A DNA stretch of 64,000 bases. Source: a bacterium (GTDB taxonomy: Bacteria > Patescibacteriota > Minisyncoccia > JAHIHE01 > JAGLIN01). The notes under the pieces were generated by a model, which saw only the letters and a program-made list of their open reading frames with translations, was not told the origin of the DNA and did no database searches. Location: assembly GCA_030638825.1 (NCBI GenBank), contig DAOWDU010000031.1:4206-68205 (forward strand). The letters run 5' to 3'. Positions 49,808 through 59,122 of this stretch are shown here, in pieces. The translations under genes were made by a program, and so were the position numbers. Every line of letters starts with the position of its first letter. Position 1 is the stretch's first letter.

Positions 49808-51352
49808 TTATTTTCTCTTTCTCTTCATAATCCTAAAAACTCCATAAACATCAATCAAAATAGCGCCGGCAAAAATAGCGACGAACTTCCAGTAATTTTT
49901 TTCCGATTCATCAAGATCTTTGATTGGACGATCAACAATATTTTTTGACCGAATAGACGCCAAGTTCGCGGAATTAGAAACGGAGTCAATAAGATTGACA
50001 AAGAAAATTTCATTGTCAGGAACTTGTCTGATGAAAGTTGAGGAGACAAAATCAGAATCACCAAGGACAAATAATGTACCGCTTTCTGAATCTTCGTTTT
50101 TAGATTGAGAAACGGCAGCAACTGTTTTTTTAGATCCACTAACAAAAGACAAGTAACTATCTGGGAGAAGATTATAATTTTCTGACACTGTTTCGCCTTG
50201 GTTAGTTGAACTTAAAATAGGTCTGGCAAAATAATCATTATTTTCAGAAAGGGTCAGTGATGACGACCAAGGAAACATTATTGACTGGATATTTGACAGC
50301 GCTGGATGATCGCCGAAATTTTCACTTACTAATTTTAGCCAGAAAGGATACGGCTTGCTTACTGAGAAAAATCCTTGCTGATAAGTTATATTAAAATTTG
50401 ATTTGTCATAAACCAAGTTATCATTAATTTCAATCCCGTATTTTTTTGTTAGTTCGTTTAAATTATTTTTCACAGGCTGGGCTTCCAAATTGCCTTGCAA
50501 ATTCGGACTTATTGTTTCTGTCAAAACAATTAAGTTCCCACCGTTTTTTATAAAATCATCAAGAACAGAAATCTCTTCAGCTGTTATTTCCATCATCGGT
50601 CCAGCAATGATTAAAGTTATCGGTTCAATAAATTCTTTTATTTCTTCTTCCGCATCTTCTGCGCTGCTCATAGTTTTTTCAACATAAAATCCTTTTTGTT
50701 CTTCTGCGCTTTCTATTTTAACTTCCAAAACATCATACGATTTTACTAAATCTGGAATTTGCAAAATCTTCTCGCCATGTCCTTGTAAAAAAGCAACTAA
50801 TTCTTTTTTCTCTTGAGAAACAGAAAAAACAGCGGAGATAAAATCATACTCCCAACTATCAATAGACTGAATCATCGGAATCGCTTCCCTTTTTGTTCCC
50901 TCTTCATTTTCGGAAATTATCTCTACGCCAAAGAAACCCTGTTTTACTTCATATTTATCTTTCTCAATAACATTGAACTGAATCTGCGGAATTCCCTTTT
51001 CAGCAAGCTCTCTTACTTTCTCTGTTGTATTTTCTGGCTCATAATAAGAAACTTTCAATTTTGATCCTGCGATATCCTGATACTGATTCATAAAATCTAT
51101 CAGCTGTGTTTTGACACCAGCTACATCTTGCGGCAGATCTTTTGAAATATAAAAATTAACTTCAACTTCTTCCTCTAAATTTTTCAAAATATCTCTTGTC
51201 GCCTCTGAGGTCGTGTAAATTTTTTCTTCCGTTAGGTCAAAATAAAATGATTTTTGAGATGCTAAAAAATTGATAGCGATAAGGAACGCTAAAAAGATTA
51301 AGACGGAACTTAGGGAAGAATTTAATAGGTTTTTGATTTTTGGTAGTTTCAT
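49808..51352 (-). CDS. GldG-like ABC transporter accessory protein
   Basis: DLTEEKIYT, FLQGHGE, GDSDF, N..FFVNLID. Confidence 0.82.
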   Translation of the reverse strand: MKLPKIKNLLNSSLSSVLIFLAFLIAINFLASQKSFYFDLTEEKIYTTSEATRDILKNLEEEVEVNFYISKDLPQDVAGVKTQLIDFMNQYQDIAGSKLKVSYYEPENTTEKVRELAEKGIPQIQFNVIEKDKYEVKQGFFGVEIISENEEGTKREAIPMIQSIDSWEYDFISAVFSVSQEKKELVAFLQGHGEKILQIPDLVKSYDVLEVKIESAEEQKGFYVEKTMSSAEDAEEEIKEFIEPITLIIAGPMMEITAEEISVLDDFIKNGGNLIVLTETISPNLQGNLEAQPVKNNLNELTKKYGIEINDNLVYDKSNFNITYQQGFFSVSKPYPFWLKLVSENFGDHPALSNIQSIMFPWSSSLTLSENNDYFARPILSSTNQGETVSENYNLLPDSYLSFVSGSKKTVAAVSQSKNEDSESGTLFVLGDSDFVSSTFIRQVPDNEIFFVNLIDSVSNSANLASIRSKNIVDRPIKDLDESEKNYWKFVAIFAGAILIDVYGVFRIMKRKRK

Positions 51353-51394
51353 TTTGATTATTGTGAAATAAATTTATATCGCTATTCTTATTCT

Positions 51395-51502
51395 ATCTGT
51401 GTTCTTCTGTGCCTTTAGTCAGTGTTTATCAGTGTCCTATTTTAAAGCATTCTAATAGCACACAGAAGAACACTGACCTTTCGGGCACTGACAAACACAG
51501 AT
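51395..51502. repeat. Degenerate inverted repeat array (cagtgt/acactg units)
   Basis: atctgtgttcttctgtg...cacagaagaacactgac...acacagat. Confidence 0.6.
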
Positions 51503-51512
51503 ACGCACTACG

Positions 51513-52229
51513 CTATTTCCACTTCTTCATCCCCACCACTCTCGCATTCAAAAATAAAAAAAATATAACTATTGATAAATAATAAACAATATCAGATAAA
51601 GAAATGACTCCTCTTAAAATTGAATTGAAGTGAGTTGAAAAGCTTAGAAATTTACCGATAAAGGCGATTGAATTTGGCAGTTGATCAAGAATAAGCGAAT
51701 TGCCGATGATGTAAAATATAAAAATAATCGTCACTGTCAAAACAAAAGAAATAATTTGATTTTTCGTAATAGAAGAAATCCAGAGGCCGATGGCGATATA
51801 AGATGAGCCAAGAAGCAAAGCGCCAACATAACCAGCAATGATGATGCCCCGATCAGGATTGCCTATTTCTGTAACCATAATCGGAATAGTGATTGTCAGC
51901 AAAAGCATTATCGCTAAGAAAACAAAACTGGAAAGAAATTTGGCAAGAACAACTTCCGCTGTCTTCACTGGAAAAGTCATTAGAACTTCAACTGTGCCAC
52001 TGCGTTTTTCTTCCGCCCAGGAAAACATTGTAATCGCCGGCAAAATAAACATAAAAATAATCGGCAGGAAATTAAAAAGGGATCTCGCAGACGCTTGTCC
52101 AACGATAAAAAACGACTGCATAAAAATCCACCCGCTCATCAGCAAAAAAACAGACACAACAATATAGCCCAGTGGGGAATTGAAATGGGAGTTTAGCTCT
52201 TTTTTTGTGATGGTGAGGATTTTGTTCAT
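51513..52229 (-). CDS. GldF-like ABC-2 permease
   Basis: KELNSHFNSPLGY, EEKRSGTVEVLMT.P. Confidence 0.88.
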   Translation of the reverse strand: MNKILTITKKELNSHFNSPLGYIVVSVFLLMSGWIFMQSFFIVGQASARSLFNFLPIIFMFILPAITMFSWAEEKRSGTVEVLMTFPVKTAEVVLAKFLSSFVFLAIMLLLTITIPIMVTEIGNPDRGIIIAGYVGALLLGSSYIAIGLWISSITKNQIISFVLTVTIIFIFYIIGNSLILDQLPNSIAFIGKFLSFSTHFNSILRGVISLSDIVYYLSIVIFFLFLNARVVGMKKWK

Positions 52230-52238
52230 TTGGTTTTA

Positions 52239-53156
52239 TTACTTCGTCAATTCTATAAACACATCTTCCAAATTCGCCTGCTGCCTTGTCAGTTCCAAAA
52301 GCCCGCTGTTTTCTTCAACAATAATTTTGGCAATATCTTTTCTAAGATCAAATTCCAAAGTAGTAGTAATTGTAATTCTATTGCCGTTGATTTCAACTTC
52401 TCTAATCCCTTCAATTAATTTTAATCTTGGAACTATATTAGTTCCCAACTCATCAACTTCAGCATTAATCATTGCTTGACTTCTATTTTTATTCTCCAAT
52501 CTTTCTGGCGTATCGTCCGCGACAATCTTGCCTCTGTTAATAATCAAAATTCTTGAACAAGTTGCCTGCACTTCGGACAAAACATGGCTAGATAAAATAA
52601 CCGTCTTTGATTTGCCAATTTCTTTAATCAAGTCCCTGATTTCAATTCTTTGATTCGGATCAAGTCCCGTTGTCGGCTCGTCTAAAATTACAATTCTAGG
52701 ATCGTGGATAAGCGCCTGCGCGATTCCCACTCTCTGCCGATAGCCTTTTGACAAAATTGAAATTTCCGTATTTTGCTTATCTTCTAGTCCACACTTTTTT
52801 AAAACATTTAATATTTTTTCATTCAAATTATCTTTCTTAATTCCCTGCATTTTACCGACAAAACTTAAATACTCCCAAACGGTCATATCTTCATACAAAG
52901 GAGCGTTCTCCGGCAGATAGCCGATTTTGCTTTTAATCTCCTGCTGATAAAGCGGATTGCCAAGATCAAGTCCATCAATTTCAACTTTTCCCGAGGTTGG
53001 CTCAAGAAACATAACTAATATCCTAAGGAGCGTTGTCTTTCCCGCTCCATTCGGACCTAACACGCCGATTACCTCACCTTCCTGCATTTCAAAAGACACC
53101 CCGTCCAACGCGATAAGCTCCCCATATTTTTTTGTCAGATTCTCAACCTTTATCAT
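52239..53156 (-). CDS. GldA-like ABC ATP-binding protein
   Basis: GPNGAGKTT, LSKGYRQRVG, LDEPTTGLDP. Confidence 0.93.
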   Translation of the reverse strand: MIKVENLTKKYGELIALDGVSFEMQEGEVIGVLGPNGAGKTTLLRILVMFLEPTSGKVEIDGLDLGNPLYQQEIKSKIGYLPENAPLYEDMTVWEYLSFVGKMQGIKKDNLNEKILNVLKKCGLEDKQNTEISILSKGYRQRVGIAQALIHDPRIVILDEPTTGLDPNQRIEIRDLIKEIGKSKTVILSSHVLSEVQATCSRILIINRGKIVADDTPERLENKNRSQAMINAEVDELGTNIVPRLKLIEGIREVEINGNRITITTTLEFDLRKDIAKIIVEENSGLLELTRQQANLEDVFIELTK

Positions 53157-53224
53157 TTTAGATAATATTTATTTTTTTCAATAATTTTATTCTATAACAA
53201 AATTTTAGATAATGCAAGGAAAAT

Positions 53225-53752
53225 CTAGTTTTTTCGTTTTTTATTTCTCCTAATAATAAAATGCGTTATAAATCCAAATCCGAGCGCGACAACAATTAAA
53301 ATCGCATAAAACAGTCTGGGAGAAATTACTTTATTGGATTCGTTTTCTATTATAGTAGGTTCCATAGAAATAGACAATGGGATTTTTACTCCTGCATTTG
53401 CCTGCAATCGCGTTTCTATAAGCGGCTTACTAACTACGGAAAGATTGGTCTTTAAAATTTGAGAAGTATTTTCTATACTAGCAGGATAAGCTGTAACGGT
53501 TACCCTCTTTCTCCCTCCTGCCTCCAAGGTAAAACTAGCAGGATTTGCTTTTATAGTTTCTATAAATTCATCTAGATATACTTCAAAAATCTGAACATCA
53601 GCAGTTGGATTAACAACGATCAATTCTTGAGACACAGATTTATTTGCTTCTATTACGAAATCTATTTTAGAAGGACTGACTTGAATGCCAGCTGCTTGCG
53701 ATAAGGTTGGGAATGAGATAAAGATAAAGATAAGAATAAGAAAATTTTTCAT
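53225..53752 (-). CDS. Secreted Ig-like protein with C-terminal TM (WxL-partner/PapD-like)
   Basis: Signal peptide, GIQVSPSKIDF..., C-terminal TM and basic tail. Confidence 0.6.
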   Translation of the reverse strand: MKNFLILIFIFISFPTLSQAAGIQVSPSKIDFVIEANKSVSQELIVVNPTADVQIFEVYLDEFIETIKANPASFTLEAGGRKRVTVTAYPASIENTSQILKTNLSVVSKPLIETRLQANAGVKIPLSISMEPTIIENESNKVISPRLFYAILIVVALGFGFITHFIIRRNKKRKN

Positions 53753-53771
53753 AAATAGAAGATTATTTTAT

Positions 53772-55574
53772 TTATTGCGCTATTGCCCAAAAAGTCAATT
53801 GCGCCGATTTTGCGCCATTTCCATCTGAGTAGCCAGCGGGAATAGAAAGTTCTACGGCTACATTTTGATTGCCATCTTGAGCAATATCAGTTTCAAAATT
53901 TTTCCAGGACACGCTATTCAAATCTAAATTTTCGGTAAAGAGGGAATCTCCGCTAACTAAAGCCTCTATGTGTATATCAGAAGTTCCATTGTTATTAAGC
54001 GTAATATTTTTGGTAGCAGAAGATCCAGAATTTAAATTACCAAAATCAAGATTGCTTGTATCAACAACAAAAGAAATTGTATCTTCGTTAGTGCTATCTC
54101 CTTCAACATCTCCATTTTCTATAGTTACGGTCAAATCAACGGAAGAACTTGCCCCCTGCCCAACTTTTAATAAAATAGAATTACTTCTAACATATCCTTC
54201 TTTTTGCGCGTGAATTTTATAAAATCCGTCCTGCAAAGAAATGCCCACTTGTCCGTTAGTATTAGTAGTAATCGTATCCACGCCAAAATAAACAGAAGCG
54301 CCAACAAGAGGAGACCAAGAATTATCACTGAAAAATTCCACCGTAGCTGTAACGGATTGATTGGCATCTGCTTGCTCAGCTGATAAAACTAATCTTGTCG
54401 GCTGCCAGTCAAAACCGCCGTAATACCATAAAACAGAATCGCCAGTTTGCATTTCATAATCCGCCGCTCCCACAAAAAGAGATATATTATTAATTAAATA
54501 CAGCCAACCTAATTCTCCTTTTGCTTCGTCGTTATTAATTCTTTTTAGGTAAGGACCCCAGTCAGTATCTTTAACTTCATAAGTAAAATCGCAAATACTT
54601 TTTGCGTTTTTGACAATATCCAAAGCAGTTGGTCCAGTTACTTCACCTAAACAAATTGTTTCCTCTAATCCCTCAATACGAAAAGGAAATTTTTGGGCAA
54701 GGGCATCATTTTCCACAATATTAAGAGGAAGTTTTTTACCCTGTAGAGCGATAACCGCGTAAGCCGTGGTCATTGCCGAAAAAGAATCTTCTCCAGAGGA
54801 ACTATTTTGATATTTAAAAAAGCCTTGCTCACTTTGATTTAATTCAAGATATGAAATGGGAGTGTTGTCGGATTTGATCAAACCGCTTGGATCAATATCC
54901 AAAGCGTTAAGCGCCCAAATTACCCATGCCGTGGATGAAGAATCGGAATTAGAATCGGAATAATAAGGAAAACCGCCATCGTTATTTTGTGATGTTTGCA
55001 AAAAAGATAGGGCGTTTTGAATGCGAGAATCAGAGTTGTCAATTCCAGCAGATACAAGCGCTAAAATAGCGGCCGCAGTCATATTCGTATCAGAATTAGC
55101 TGTTACAGAAAAACCCCATCCGCCATCATCGTTTTGATGAGAAAAAATAAAGTTTTTTGAATCAACAATAATCACATCATCAAGAGATTCACCAGCGGAG
55201 ATAAGAGCCAAAATTCCAAAACAGTCATCATTAAGCATCGTAATATCTCCTATCTGATTTTCAGTATAATAGCTTTTAAGCGCGGCGACATAATCAGTTG
55301 ACGAAAAAACACGCGGATTTTCTCCTATAGCCGTTATCGCTAGAATTGGCGCGGCGTGATCAATGGCGTTTGTTCCATTGATAGAAATAAGATGATCTAT
55401 GGGAATAGAAGAATTTCCAAGCGCAGACAAAGCCATTGTGCTCCACGGATTAGCGCTATTTGCGGTTAAATAGTCCTGCGCGCTATTTGTGTTATAGGTT
55501 GCGTTTATTTCTGAAGAAGGAAACATGGAAAACAACAACACAACAATTAACATTACGGATAATAACTTTTTCAT
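53772..55574 (-). CDS. Secreted prenyltransferase-repeat alpha-barrel + DUF4430-like protein (transcobalamin-like, putative corrinoid binder)
   Basis: QNDDGGWG/QNNDGGFP repeats; WGPYLKRIN...GWLYLIN...GAADY...GDSVLWYY; B12 riboswitch upstream. Confidence 0.75.
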   Translation of the reverse strand: MKKLLSVMLIVVLLFSMFPSSEINATYNTNSAQDYLTANSANPWSTMALSALGNSSIPIDHLISINGTNAIDHAAPILAITAIGENPRVFSSTDYVAALKSYYTENQIGDITMLNDDCFGILALISAGESLDDVIIVDSKNFIFSHQNDDGGWGFSVTANSDTNMTAAAILALVSAGIDNSDSRIQNALSFLQTSQNNDGGFPYYSDSNSDSSSTAWVIWALNALDIDPSGLIKSDNTPISYLELNQSEQGFFKYQNSSSGEDSFSAMTTAYAVIALQGKKLPLNIVENDALAQKFPFRIEGLEETICLGEVTGPTALDIVKNAKSICDFTYEVKDTDWGPYLKRINNDEAKGELGWLYLINNISLFVGAADYEMQTGDSVLWYYGGFDWQPTRLVLSAEQADANQSVTATVEFFSDNSWSPLVGASVYFGVDTITTNTNGQVGISLQDGFYKIHAQKEGYVRSNSILLKVGQGASSSVDLTVTIENGDVEGDSTNEDTISFVVDTSNLDFGNLNSGSSATKNITLNNNGTSDIHIEALVSGDSLFTENLDLNSVSWKNFETDIAQDGNQNVAVELSIPAGYSDGNGAKSAQLTFWAIAQ

Positions 55575-55590
55575 AATTTTCTTTCTAGAT

Positions 55591-55624
55591 AAAATAAAAA
55601 CATCTCCGCCTCAGAGAAGATGTT
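55591..55624 (-). terminator. Riboswitch expression-platform terminator
   Basis: aacatct(tctctgaggcgg)agatgtt followed by tttatttt on the minus strand. Confidence 0.65.
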
Positions 55625-55693
55625 CATTTTATCACAACAAAAACAAAACGAAGCCCCTCTTTAGCTCGAAGATAGGATCTTATCTTTTTATAA

Positions 55694-55837
55694 GTAGTTG
55701 GTTAGCATTCTGGCTTACTTCATCTTTCTGCAGAAGACAAAGATCACAGTTGCGGCACAGCACCAGATTTTTTCCAAATTACGGAAATCACTGGATTTTC
55801 CTAACCGACCTCTTTATATATTTAAAGAGGAACTATC
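55694..55837 (-). ncRNA. Cobalamin (B12) riboswitch
   Basis: Minus strand: ttAGGAAAatccagtg...aaatctggtgCTGTGCCGCAACTGTga...AAGCCAGAatgc; P1 tagtt/aacta. Confidence 0.85.
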
Positions 55838-55869
55838 TTATTAATTAATTTGTTAAAAGTAAAATAATT

Positions 55870-56835
55870 CTAACTCTTGCTTTTAATTCTGTCAAATTTT
55901 TTAGTTTCTATTTCAATAATCCTTCTCGCCTCCCTAAAATCATACTTCTCAAAAACCTCGTCTAACTTCTGCCTAACAACCTTTTTCCTCTCCAAAGAAG
56001 CGTGAATTAAATGGACACTTTTATTTTTTTCCACAATTCCAACATGCTTATGCTCATTTGATTTTTTAATCAAAAATATTAAATCGCCTGTTTCTACATT
56101 TTTTAGATTTATTTTCTTACCCGCCTCTTTCTGATCCCAGGAATGCTTTGGCAGAATTATATTAAAAGCGTTTTTATAAACCACCTGCGTCAAACCCGAA
56201 CAATCAATTCCTTTTTTAGATTTCCCTCCTAAAAGGTACGGAACATCAAAGTATTTCTCCGCTTCTTTAATAGTCTTATCTTTATCAATATTCATCATAC
56301 CCACTGTTGTAATTTCATCTTTAATTCCATACCCTAGGGTATGGAATTGTTGTATCCATTCTCCGTATAAATCTTTGTATAAACTCTCTCTTTTCAAAAT
56401 TATTTCCTTTCTATTCACCCAGCCCAAGGTTAAATCGTTTTGCTGAACTAATAATTGATCGTCTTTTTTAAATAAGACTCGCAATACTTCGCCTTGAAAA
56501 GCCTGCGAACATCTAATTCTTTTTAAGATTTTATTATTTAAGATTTTATTAGAAATAAATCTTGATTTTAAATCTGCTATTTTTATCTTTACAATCGCCC
56601 AGCCGATTTCATTTCTTTCGCTCGCATCACTTAGAATTTTCAGATTTACTTTTTTTATTTTTATTCTCTTTTTTTTAAAAACATTTAAAATACCATCTCT
56701 TTGACTTTCCGTTAAAACCTCTCCGCTTATTTTAATTCCTCCTTTTAAATTTTTTACCTCAACATCAAAAACAGCAACTCCATATTTTTGCTGGTATGTT
56801 TTTTCTAAGTTTTTTAAAATATTTTCTGCTAACAT
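55870..56835 (-). CDS. NlpC/P60 (C40) peptidase with SH3-like region
   Basis: VPYLLGG, GIDCSGL, HVGI, IHAS. Confidence 0.9.
   Translation of the reverse strand: MLAENILKNLEKTYQQKYGVAVFDVEVKNLKGGIKISGEVLTESQRDGILNVFKKKRIKIKKVNLKILSDASERNEIGWAIVKIKIADLKSRFISNKILNNKILKRIRCSQAFQGEVLRVLFKKDDQLLVQQNDLTLGWVNRKEIILKRESLYKDLYGEWIQQFHTLGYGIKDEITTVGMMNIDKDKTIKEAEKYFDVPYLLGGKSKKGIDCSGLTQVVYKNAFNIILPKHSWDQKEAGKKINLKNVETGDLIFLIKKSNEHKHVGIVEKNKSVHLIHASLERKKVVRQKLDEVFEKYDFREARRIIEIETKKFDRIKSKS
56323..56348. repeat. Family G palindrome inside the NlpC/P60 CDS
   Basis: aattccataccct|agggtatggaatt, encoding QFHTLGYGI. Confidence 0.8.
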
Positions 56836-58896
56836 TTATTGTATTTCAGAATTCTCTATAATAATTCCCTCTTCCGCTCCGATGCTATCATCATCAGGCA
56901 GTTCTGTCGTCAACTCGCTTTCAAGAGTCATAACTTCTTCATTTGTAAATTCATCAAACCCAACAGCTTCAACTTCATTCATAATTCTGATCGTTTTTCC
57001 AACATCTGAATCTTCTGGAGTAATGCTAACCTGATAAACAATTTCTTTTGACGGAGAAATTAGTCCAGTATTAGCGCTGAGTTCTGGCATCTCCCAAACA
57101 ATCTCTCTGGTAATGGTATTGTAATAAAATTTCTCTTCTGTTATTTGATATTCTTCCGCTTCAGATTCTGTTTCAGATTCTGAATCCTCCGAGGATTCGG
57201 AATCTTCGGAATCTTCCTCACTGGAATCTTCCTCAATTTCTGGCGTATAAGCTCCATTGTTTTCATCCCCCAAAGATATGTCTCCATTTGAATTGATATA
57301 ATTCCCTGTCCATTTTACATTATCAGGCAGAACAGAAGCGATTTTTACATTTTTAAGATCCCCAAGAAGATTATTTAAATTCCAGTGAATTGTATAAGTC
57401 GTCTCTTTCTCAACTTCAGGAGGAATGTCTCCGCTATTTTTAATCCTGCCGTCATCATTAAAATATCCTTTTGTTTTCATAAATAAAAACGCATTTATTT
57501 TTATAATCATTTCATTTGAAACAATTTTCTTTTCAATTTTTACCTCATCATTATTAAAATTGAAACTGCTTATTGTCACTTTATTTTTAATAACAAAATT
57601 TTTATCTTCTGGCGACTGAACCTCAAAATAGTCTATCGCTCTAATTTTAAAACTAACTTCGCCCTCATCTCCTGGCTTAAAAATCGCTAACTTAGGAACA
57701 TTAAAAGCGCTCCAAATTATTTTATTTGACTCTTTGTTATAAGAACCGTTAACCACTTCAATGGAATCTGGATTAACATTACCCGTCAGCTCGTTATTTA
57801 TTACCAGCCCCTTAAGTTCTCGATCGCCTATATTTTTAAATTTAATTCTATATTCTATTTCTTCTCCTTTATTAATAGCGATATTTTCCAATCCGTTGAC
57901 CGTTTGCTTTAAAAGTATCGGGGTATCCTGAACTTTTATAATCGCTTTCTTGCTAATATATTCCAGAGCGTCCTCTTCATCCCCAAAAATATCTATCGTG
58001 ATTTTTATTTCTTTTTCTTCGTTTTTCTCTCCCGCTAAACTTCCTTTTATAGCCAGCTCGCCTCTCGCTTTTGTTTTTATTTCCTTTATGCTCCAGCTTA
58101 AATTATTTCCTATTTCCTCATCAATCTCTGGTTCAGCAGAAATAAATGTAAACCCTTCAGGAAAATCAACCTTGATATTTATCTTTTTAAAATCATTATC
58201 ACTGGTATTTTCATACGCAATCAAACAATCGATTTCGTTTCCCGTAATTATTTCTTCTGGACACTTCAAAGAAAGCTCAAAGGAAACGGATGTTATTTTT
58301 ATTTTTACTTTGCTTAAGTTATCTGCTGATTGAAATTCATAATTGAAATTGCTCGGGACATAAGAAATTTTTGAATTAAATTCATGCTCGCTATCTTTAT
58401 TTCCCGTAATTCTCCCAAACAATTTTATCTTTCCATGCTCGCCAGCTGATAAATCGTCAAGATTCCAGTTTAATACCAGCCCTTCTTTGGTGTATTTTTT
58501 ATCACTTGAGATGAAAACAAATTTTTCCGGAGTAAATAAAATTATTTTTGGATTTTTCAATTTCACTCCTGTGTTATTTTTATATTCTATCGTGAAAGCT
58601 ATTTCTTCCCCGCTCGCTATTTCATCAGAAACTTTAATTTCAATTTTAACTTCTTTGCCATCAAAAGATTGTTGTCCCCTTAGATACATAAAATAAGCGG
58701 CCGCTGAAATAATCGCTATAACTAAAAACAAAACTGCCAAAATCAGTTTTTTGTTTTTCTTAGAATTATTCTTATTTTCATTACCGCCCAAAACATCGGA
58801 CCATTTATCATTTTCTTTCTTATTTTCCCCTTCATCTTCCGCCAGATAATTCCTAATATTCTCATCCGTATTTTCATTGATCATATTTTGAGACAT
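56836..58896 (-). CDS. Large single-TM protein with DUF11-like Ig repeats (CPR-type)
   Basis: TM, repeated IEY.N...W.L..L..GE.G units, TTYTIHW. Confidence 0.75.
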   Translation of the reverse strand: MSQNMINENTDENIRNYLAEDEGENKKENDKWSDVLGGNENKNNSKKNKKLILAVLFLVIAIISAAAYFMYLRGQQSFDGKEVKIEIKVSDEIASGEEIAFTIEYKNNTGVKLKNPKIILFTPEKFVFISSDKKYTKEGLVLNWNLDDLSAGEHGKIKLFGRITGNKDSEHEFNSKISYVPSNFNYEFQSADNLSKVKIKITSVSFELSLKCPEEIITGNEIDCLIAYENTSDNDFKKINIKVDFPEGFTFISAEPEIDEEIGNNLSWSIKEIKTKARGELAIKGSLAGEKNEEKEIKITIDIFGDEEDALEYISKKAIIKVQDTPILLKQTVNGLENIAINKGEEIEYRIKFKNIGDRELKGLVINNELTGNVNPDSIEVVNGSYNKESNKIIWSAFNVPKLAIFKPGDEGEVSFKIRAIDYFEVQSPEDKNFVIKNKVTISSFNFNNDEVKIEKKIVSNEMIIKINAFLFMKTKGYFNDDGRIKNSGDIPPEVEKETTYTIHWNLNNLLGDLKNVKIASVLPDNVKWTGNYINSNGDISLGDENNGAYTPEIEEDSSEEDSEDSESSEDSESETESEAEEYQITEEKFYYNTITREIVWEMPELSANTGLISPSKEIVYQVSITPEDSDVGKTIRIMNEVEAVGFDEFTNEEVMTLESELTTELPDDDSIGAEEGIIIENSEIQ

Positions 58897-58983
58897 ATTT
58901 TTAGTTTATGTTTTTATGCTTGTATTATATAATGGTTGTTGGTTTTGGTCAAAATTATTTTCTATCGAAACATCCTTGTTTGT

Positions 58984-59122
58984 TGTCATCCCAGAATTTT
59001 TTCTAAAAAGCTTTAGCTTTAGAAAAAAATGTCTGGGATCCAGTTAATATCACTTAATAGAATTATTACGATAATTATTATCCATTGAGATTAACTGGAT
59101 TCCCGCCTCCGCGGGAATGACA
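58984..59122. repeat. Family H composite palindrome overlapping the GT 3' end
   Basis: tgtcatcccag...ctgggatccagttaa...ttaactggattcccgcctccgcgggaatgaca. Confidence 0.75.
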
